64,000 bases of DNA from a virus. Each line of letters opens with the position of its first letter. Within the stretch, counting starts at the first letter, position 1. The notes under the pieces were generated by a model. It was not told where the DNA came from and did not search any database. It worked only from the letters and a program-made list of their open reading frames with translations. Positions 58,631 to 64,000 of the stretch are shown in pieces. Location: the IMG/VR virus record IMGVR_UViG_3300030107_006707, positions 9,598 to 73,597 of that record; one strand, given 5' to 3'. The position numbers and the translations under genes are program-made.

Positions 58631-58959
58631 TCGTATGTCCTTTGTAAGTTTTGTGGCATGATCGGCACAGGACCGATATTAACATTTGTCCACTCTCTAG
58701 GCAGGGCCAGATTAGATTGCACCCACCGAGCGGTAGCTAGTTTACACTCTTGTCGTTCATAGGTAGTTCTTGCCCTAGCTAGACAGGAAGCCTCTTCTTG
58801 CTTGACTCGTGAACAGTAACACTTGATCCGATGCAGCAACTCCTGCTCAGGCGCAAGGTTTATGCCACGAGGCAGCGGTTCGTTTGTTCCAGGCAGAACC
58901 CTTTGGCAATCTACTTGCGGACTAGCCAGCAACAAACTAATAACTAACATACTCATCAT
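58627..58959 (-). CDS. Secreted Cys-containing protein
   Basis: Signal-like MMSMLVISLLLASP. Confidence 0.65.
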   Translation of the reverse strand: MMSMLVISLLLASPQVDCQRVLPGTNEPLPRGINLAPEQELLHRIKCYCSRVKQEEASCLARARTTYERQECKLATARWVQSNLALPREWTNVNIGPVPIMPQNLQRTYE

Positions 58960-59197
58960 AATACTCCGAATAATCTTCTACAATCACTTTGATTGTCCCT
59001 TCTCTATTTCCAGTTCCCAGATACCACTCCAGATCGTAAGCCAGCAGAACGTCCATAACGATCTCACGCATACGGTTGCTATGCCCAGTAACAATCTCCA
59101 ACACGGACGATTTGTCCCGCAGATTTTTTTCCAGAAACTTCGCCGTTAAATTTTTTGCATTGTCGTGGGTCTCTCCATGGAGATCTAACTTCGCCAC
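58937..59197 (-). CDS. Stand-alone Smr-domain protein
   Basis: KLDLHG...EIVTGHS...NREGTIKV matches Smr DLHG / IxTG / GxxxV motifs. Confidence 0.8.
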   Translation of the reverse strand: MAKLDLHGETHDNAKNLTAKFLEKNLRDKSSVLEIVTGHSNRMREIVMDVLLAYDLEWYLGTGNREGTIKVIVEDYSEYYDEYVSY

Positions 59198-59292
59198 TAT
59201 TTTTTTCCTTTCCCAAAGAAGGCATGGGCAATATACATTGCCGCCGTAAAATTTATTATCGCAAATGCGACTACAAGTAAAACACTTTTCAT
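59197..59292 (-). CDS. 31-aa membrane peptide MKSVLLVVAFAIINFTAAMYIAHAFFGKGKK
   Basis: Manual translation; stop coupled to the Smr GTG start. Confidence 0.6.
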   Translation of the reverse strand: MKSVLLVVAFAIINFTAAMYIAHAFFGKGKK

Positions 59293-59301
59293 ATCTGTTC
59301 C

Positions 59302-59553
59302 CTAAGATGATAACACAGTTAGCTCTTTATGATAATAGAATCTTTCTTTTTTACTAGCGTCCGTTGTGGGCACCAGGCCATACATGACCGTATCTGTTCC
59401 GAACTCTTCATTATAATCCATCATTTTACCCATGGCATGATCGTACTCTACAACCCTTGTTACAATATAGATCTCATTTGTAAACTCTCTATAAGCCTTC
59501 AGTTGAACCAGAGACCCTACAGGGAGCACCTTTGTTGTCTTCAACAATTTCAT
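59302..59553 (-). CDS. Small SH3-like protein
   Basis: Start refined to MKLLKTTK (SD GAGGA); LPVGSLV...ELTVLS. Confidence 0.7.
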   Translation of the reverse strand: MKLLKTTKVLPVGSLVQLKAYREFTNEIYIVTRVVEYDHAMGKMMDYNEEFGTDTVMYGLVPTTDASKKERFYYHKELTVLSS

Positions 59554-59908
59554 ATTCCTCGGGGAAGCACCACCATTGGTTTCCATAGGAGAACCAATCT
59601 ATTAAGCTATTGAATGCCGACTTTTCCAAAACAATACCCAGTGCCCCTTTTGGTACAGTACGGTTATAGTTTTTGTTCCATAACTCTTCAGCCGTATCCT
59701 TGTAGCCTAGACCAACGCCCACTCCAGCATAGGTAGGGTCATATTGACCAGCGAAGTCATCAGGCCCGAAGATTGGATAGTTAGCTTGCACAAGGTCACC
59801 TACATTTGTCTTATTGTGTTTCTCAATAATTTCTTGCCGTAGGGTTTGCGGATAGCCCTCTAAGATTGTTCTTGGAAACTTATCTTTCCTTTCGTTGTCG
59901 TCACTCAT
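59489..59908 (-). CDS. SH3-like hypothetical protein
   Basis: Likely start MSDDNERK; NVGDLV...LGIVLE...IDW...EYEIV. Confidence 0.7.
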   Translation of the reverse strand: MSDDNERKDKFPRTILEGYPQTLRQEIIEKHNKTNVGDLVQANYPIFGPDDFAGQYDPTYAGVGVGLGYKDTAEELWNKNYNRTVPKGALGIVLEKSAFNSLIDWFSYGNQWWCFPEEYEIVEDNKGAPCRVSGSTEGL

Positions 59909-60037
59909 AATGTATATAGCGAGCAACACCTACGCAAACAAAACAATTCTTCTTTGTTGGCTAATCTTTTCGTTGTCTTTCCGTTTTCTCTCCCAAACCC
60001 ATATGCAACTATGGGTAGCTAAAGTCTCGTAAATTAA

Positions 60038-60424
60038 TTAGCGAAATTTTTGTGCAGACTTAAAGTTTGCTTTTCTTGCAAGGTTCCGTAAATCTTCCCA
60101 TTTCTCATGGTCCAAATCCTTGTCCATATCGTAGGTCTTAAGTTCAACACCACGATTGCGCAGGACGCCCGCAGTAAACTTAATTTTATGTACGCTCACT
60201 TCGGGGTTCACAGGGTCGCTCTCTTCAAGCGTATGGCAGCTACCGCCACCCATGGCTTCATAAGACGCTTGGAACTGCTCAAGGCTGTCGCAGGCTTGCC
60301 ATAACTCAACAAAGCTTTTATAGGACAGCTTGGCCACATAGAACCATGTATCGCCAAACTTTGTACGGCTTTTGTAGTGAAAGGTTACGTCGTCTAGGGT
60401 TACTAAGTTTTCAGACAAGTTCAA
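60038..60424 (-). CDS. Hypothetical protein, possibly helical DNA-binding
   Basis: FVELWQ...LRNRGVELK...WEDL pattern. Confidence 0.65.
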   Translation of the reverse strand: MNLSENLVTLDDVTFHYKSRTKFGDTWFYVAKLSYKSFVELWQACDSLEQFQASYEAMGGGSCHTLEESDPVNPEVSVHKIKFTAGVLRNRGVELKTYDMDKDLDHEKWEDLRNLARKANFKSAQKFR

Positions 60425-60620
60425 AGTCCTCCATGGGATAAAATAGTTTTGCGTCTGCGGGTGCGTGCATCGGTCCCGCCTTGCACATGCGCCTAAAGGT
60501 ATCGTCCTCTAGCACCTCTGTTATAATGTATAGTTCCTTATAATAGTCCAGATGAGGGCGCTTAAACTTTACCAAGTCGCCTGGGATAAGATCCCGCTGG
60601 ATAATCTTTTTGCCCGACAT
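60411..60620 (-). CDS. Small SH3-like protein
   Basis: LIPGDLVKFK...DFELV. Confidence 0.7.
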   Translation of the reverse strand: MSGKKIIQRDLIPGDLVKFKRPHLDYYKELYIITEVLEDDTFRRMCKAGPMHAPADAKLFYPMEDFELV

Positions 60621-60850
60621 TACTCGCTTACGTCCTCTGCTGCTATTAGGTCAGAATCATAGTACCACAACTCCCTACCAGAGTCCAGCCATTGCACACG
60701 AAACTGTGTTGCAATAGAGCCAGGTACTGCTTCGTCGTAATGTGCCACTACCAAGCCGAGTGTTTCTTTTGAGGGTACGTCATTGCGGATGCCACCACGG
60801 TACACTTGATATACCAAAGAGCCGATTGTAATGTTGTTCTTGTTCTTCAT
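60620..60850 (-). CDS. Small SH3-like protein
   Basis: ITIGSLV...LGLVV...FRVQWL...WY..SDL. Confidence 0.75.
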   Translation of the reverse strand: MKNKNNITIGSLVYQVYRGGIRNDVPSKETLGLVVAHYDEAVPGSIATQFRVQWLDSGRELWYYDSDLIAAEDVSE

Positions 60851-61053
60851 ATAACTTCTACTTCGGTAGCGCTACAGTACATAGTTTTACCTTCGGTCAA
60901 TTCTTGTATTTCATATATTGTTGTATGCATACCTTGCCGCTTAGTAGAATGTTCTTTTATAATAAGTCCATGAGGCCATGGTGCGTCTCCTGCCATCAAA
61001 GGTAAACGCACACGCACGAGATCGCCTGGTTTAGGCTTTAGTTGATCATGCAC
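60847..61053 (-). CDS. Small SH3-like protein
   Basis: KPGDLVRVR...HGLII...YEI...EVEVI. Confidence 0.75.
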   Translation of the reverse strand: MHDQLKPKPGDLVRVRLPLMAGDAPWPHGLIIKEHSTKRQGMHTTIYEIQELTEGKTMYCSATEVEVI

Positions 61054-61241
61054 CGTAGTCTGCTCCTGTCAACGGTTGATTCAAAGTACTTGCGATCTAT
61101 TTTCCAACTCACTGTTATTTTATTTCCTTTTATGCCCGATACATAGCCCAACAGAAGCGTACCATCTGTTTTACGTTCTACGTGGCATACTGGGTCACCT
61201 AACTGAAGTTCTTCGCTAGTCTGTTCTGATTTCATTTGCAT
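61038..61241 (-). CDS. Small SH3-like protein
   Basis: LQLGDPV...LGYV...ITVSW. Confidence 0.7.
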   Translation of the reverse strand: MQMKSEQTSEELQLGDPVCHVERKTDGTLLLGYVSGIKGNKITVSWKIDRKYFESTVDRSRLRCMIN

Positions 61242-61455
61242 ACACCCTAAGAGTTCCTACGTTTGTTCTTGTCATGAAGTCTACCATATAACGCCGAGGT
61301 TGATAAGTACTTTCTACGCCTACTAAGATGCCTGGAGTACCCTGTGGTATTGTACGCATCTCAAAACCTGGGCCCGAATACTCTGGCGTGTAAGCAATGT
61401 CCTCCCTAGCGTATACCATGTCACCAGGGATAATGTTTAATTCTTCTTGTTTCAT
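61216..61455 (-). CDS. Small SH3-like protein
   Basis: Start refined to MKQEELN; IPGDMV...PGILV...YMVDF. Confidence 0.7.
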   Translation of the reverse strand: MKQEELNIIPGDMVYAREDIAYTPEYSGPGFEMRTIPQGTPGILVGVESTYQPRRYMVDFMTRTNVGTLRVYANEIRTD

Positions 61456-61526
61456 TTCTATTCCTTCACCTAAAAAGTCTCTAAAAATTTGGCTGCGCAT
61501 TTCAAACGTCCTTAGCCGCTGTATAT

Positions 61527-61609
61527 ACCCCTCCCAGCCCCTAGGGACATAATACCCGTGGGCAGGGGGGGAGTAGGCTAGGGGGGAGGGGGGTACCCCC
61601 TATGCCCCT
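61527..61609. other. Non-coding homopolymeric G/C-tract element
   Basis: GGG-CA-G7-AGTAGGCTA-G6-A-G6-TA-C5 in an otherwise AT-rich genome. Confidence 0.8.
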
Positions 61610-61638
61610 ATGGTACCACAGCTACCTATGGCTGTCAA
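61610..61638 (-). promoter_or_regulatory. Putative sigma70 promoter firing into the G/C tract
   Basis: TTGACA-N17-TACCAT with TG extended -10. Confidence 0.65.
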
Positions 61639-61865
61639 GCATTACCTAGCTTATGCCAAGTGGCTAGCCTGCTGAACTCATTGTGTGTAGGGTATTCCCA
61701 GTAGGCTTCATTAAGCATCAGGGCTTTGTAGGCTGAGTTTAGGTTAGCTGGCATACTGTCCCACCAGTGGTTGGCTATTAGTACACTCTCCTTTAGGTTA
61801 ATAATGTTTACGTGTTGCCGTCCAAACATACCGTCATCCTCCTGTCGGTTTATTTCAAGTGTCAA
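61635..61865 (-). CDS. Hypothetical protein
   Basis: 76-aa ORF with TTG start abutting the vWA gene stop. Confidence 0.45.
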   Translation of the reverse strand: MTLEINRQEDDGMFGRQHVNIINLKESVLIANHWWDSMPANLNSAYKALMLNEAYWEYPTHNEFSRLATWHKLGNA

Positions 61866-63113
61866 CTATTTGTCATCTAGAACAAGGACTCGCTCTTTGG
61901 TTTGGAAGTAGGGCTGCTGTGCTCCACGCTGATCAGTCATCCACATCCGTTGTACCTTGCAGGCCTTAGGCTTGGGAGCTTCCATGTCCGTAAGAATGAT
62001 AAGCCCATCAACGTTGTTGCTGTTAGCCCACTCGGTTGGAGCATCAAAGCAGGTACCGCCGCACATCACACGCTCAGCTTTTTGGCGCTTGCCTTTCTTC
62101 CAGACATAGATCTTACTATCATCAACGCTGGTATCAAAGGGCACCACGGTAAACTCAGCAAGCTTAGCCAGCTTATTCAACTCAGAGAAGAACACCTCTA
62201 GCATATCATCACTGACACTACCAGACTGATCAATGGCAATGGCAATCTTTGCTTGCCGTCGTACCTTCTTGCCTGGGTGAATGTAGGCGTACCGCTTATT
62301 GATACGCTTGACGCTAGAGCTTTTGTGGCTACGCTGGCTGGTCTTGATGAAGTACCTGAGTACCTTGCGCCAGTCTACCTTGCTTTGTAGTCTAGCCATA
62401 ATATCTTCTTTGACTGACTGACCAACAGATCCCCAACCACCAGCTTTTTTGCTGGCTTCTTGAGCAGCTTCCTTCATAGCATTCTTAAGACGTTCCTTAG
62501 CTAAGGCATTAGCAGCTTGCTTAGCAGCATCATTACTATCATCATGCCAACCGCTATGGTCATCAAAGTTACCTGGCTTACTACCGCCGTTGTTATCTTT
62601 ATTTTCTTGTTGCCCGCCAGAACCGCTACCATCGCCGTCCTCTGAGCTTTCGCCCTCACCGTCTTCACCTTCACCCTGCTCACCTTCTTCTTGTTCTGGA
62701 AGGTTAGCCAAGTACCACTCCGCCGTCATACCCAACGGCAGGTCTTCAAAAGGACCGACACCTGGCATACAGCATTGTTCTGGTAGCTCACCAACTAGGT
62801 GGCTGTTGATAGCCAAGTCAGCAGCGATGTTCCACTTCATTGGATCAATGTTCTCAGGCTTACGACTGGTAACATGCTCAAAGATTAAGTGATAGAACTC
62901 ATGCTTAAGTACGCCACGCACTTGATCATCAGGCAGGCTAGCAAAGAACTCTGGATTATAGATCATCTCAAAGTGACCATTGTCTGGATTGACACGAACA
63001 CCCGCAGTAGGGATGGCCTGGCTAGCCTTCTTTTCAATCTTGCGTGAGAGAGCAGCAAAGAAAGGCTCTTCCCTTAGCAAGCGATAGGCATGTAGCTTTA
63101 GATCAAAACTCAT
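61866..63113 (-). CDS. DUF2201-like metallopeptidase + vWA domain protein
   Basis: VLKHEFYH...WNIAADLAIN; acidic/Gly linker; MIDAS DQSGS, GGT.F, ILTD. Confidence 0.92.
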   Translation of the reverse strand: MSFDLKLHAYRLLREEPFFAALSRKIEKKASQAIPTAGVRVNPDNGHFEMIYNPEFFASLPDDQVRGVLKHEFYHLIFEHVTSRKPENIDPMKWNIAADLAINSHLVGELPEQCCMPGVGPFEDLPLGMTAEWYLANLPEQEEGEQGEGEDGEGESSEDGDGSGSGGQQENKDNNGGSKPGNFDDHSGWHDDSNDAAKQAANALAKERLKNAMKEAAQEASKKAGGWGSVGQSVKEDIMARLQSKVDWRKVLRYFIKTSQRSHKSSSVKRINKRYAYIHPGKKVRRQAKIAIAIDQSGSVSDDMLEVFFSELNKLAKLAEFTVVPFDTSVDDSKIYVWKKGKRQKAERVMCGGTCFDAPTEWANSNNVDGLIILTDMEAPKPKACKVQRMWMTDQRGAQQPYFQTKERVLVLDDK

Positions 63114-63114
63114 T

Positions 63115-63167
63115 TCTCTCTTCCTTACATCTTATAGTACCATGTATACACTATCTGTCAAGAAAAT
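63115..63167 (-). promoter_or_regulatory. Early sigma70 promoter/RBS cassette, copy D
   Basis: TTGACA-N16-TACTAT with TGG extended -10, then AAGATGTAAGGAAGAG. Confidence 0.85.
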
Positions 63168-63220
63168 ATATTCACTTTTTTCAATATTTTGATTTATGTT
63201 GCCCGTAGCGTTTGAACACC

Positions 63221-63243
63221 AAAAGCCCTACCGAAGTAGAGCT
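63221..63243 (-). terminator. Intrinsic terminator
   Basis: AGCTCTAC-TTCG-GTAGGGCT-TTT. Confidence 0.8.
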
Positions 63244-63290
63244 AATGGATTCTCACCTAGGGGAGTAAGTAAGTGTGTAAGAGAGAAACC

Positions 63291-63998
63291 CTAGGACTCC
63301 TTTCGGCCAGAGTAGATCTTGTGCATCTGCTTCTGGACCGTCATTCCATCATCAAGTTCTACCTTGTGAAGGACTTTGATTTGTTCGTGGCTCATAGCGC
63401 CATTCATCGTCATTGCTGACCAAAGCTTCATAGCCGCTTCAGATTCAATGGACACGAAGAACTCAGCAAGATTGCGAAGCTGATCATCGCTAGCCTCTGC
63501 AAGCTTACCTGACGCCTGAAGCTTCTCAATCAAAGCGCAATTGTCATTGAGAGAGAACTTAGCCAGAGCGTCTTTTCGCTCTCCATTCAGAAGCTGATCA
63601 ACCGTTACCTGTCGGTCATAGTTCTGAGCGAAGTCATTGAAAGCAACCGCAGCTTCAAAGCCCACGAAGGACTGAGCAAGAGCGAACATCTGTGGACCTG
63701 GGGCTTCCAGAAGGTTAGCTCCTGCCAACACTTGGTTCAGCCGATCCCAAGAGCGACGGCTAGGATAGCGCTTGTTAGGCTCAATATCACCGTTGTGCTC
63801 TAAGTGGTCACGATTCTGGTTAATGAAGTCCCAAACTAGGGAGTCTACATTTTCTTTACCCCAGTCTAGCCAATCTTCAACCGTAGGCTCAATGTCCCAG
63901 ACTGACCAACGGTCAAGCTCTGCTGGGTCCATCTCATTGACTTGGTACTGCTCACCGTGCTCACCACCGTTGATGGCAGCAAAGACAAGCGTATCAGC
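63291..63998 (-). CDS. MoxR-like AAA+ ATPase, C-terminal part (5' end outside the window)
   Basis: Frame open to the window edge: LVFAAIN...YQVNEMDPAELDRW...PSRRSW; adjacent DUF2201/vWA partner. Confidence 0.88.
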   Translation of the reverse strand, partial: ADTLVFAAINGGEHGEQYQVNEMDPAELDRWSVWDIEPTVEDWLDWGKENVDSLVWDFINQNRDHLEHNGDIEPNKRYPSRRSWDRLNQVLAGANLLEAPGPQMFALAQSFVGFEAAVAFNDFAQNYDRQVTVDQLLNGERKDALAKFSLNDNCALIEKLQASGKLAEASDDQLRNLAEFFVSIESEAAMKLWSAMTMNGAMSHEQIKVLHKVELDDGMTVQKQMHKIYSGRKES

Positions 63999-64000
63999 AT

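Noticed and set aside
1-64000. Alternative genetic code (stop-codon reassignment)
   Set aside because: Genes are full length and tightly packed under code 11; TAA, TAG and TGA all end genes; no suppressor tRNA was seen.

Overview
This window looks like part of a large contractile-tailed phage genome, probably a jumbo myovirus. Essentially every credible gene is on the minus strand. Left to right it holds: (1) a baseplate/tail block at 1-18.3 kb with a >2,050-aa LamG-type protein missed by the ORF track, gp6/J- and gp25-like proteins, a 1,800-aa protein, a spike-like protein and a dual peptidoglycan hydrolase; (2) a sigma-factor-like gene; (3) a glycosylation/sulfation island of about 18 kb at 20.0-37.8 kb; (4) a PD-(D/E)XK nuclease, a zincin, PIN-PhoH, a complete tmRNA and a KxDG-ligase/cytidylyltransferase fusion; (5) repeat-rich tail-fibre genes at 44.4-51.1 kb; (6) an accessory/early region with three tRNAs (Thr-UGU, CAU, Arg-UCU), TilS, two stand-alone Smr proteins, a PilX-like pilin, about 14 small 'GDLV' SH3-like paralogues, repeated sigma70 promoter cassettes, a G-tract element and a MoxR/vWA pair. 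The most interesting candidates are a phage-encoded translation-rescue kit (tmRNA + Smr + TilS/tRNA-CAU), an Arg-codon minigene and structured RNAs upstream of tRNA-Arg(UCU), a pseudoknotted switch-like 5' leader, a possible self-contained PAPS/sulfation pathway, and a ~150-aa plug-in domain inserted twice in the giant structural protein. All protein-family calls come from reading motifs by eye; no database search was run.
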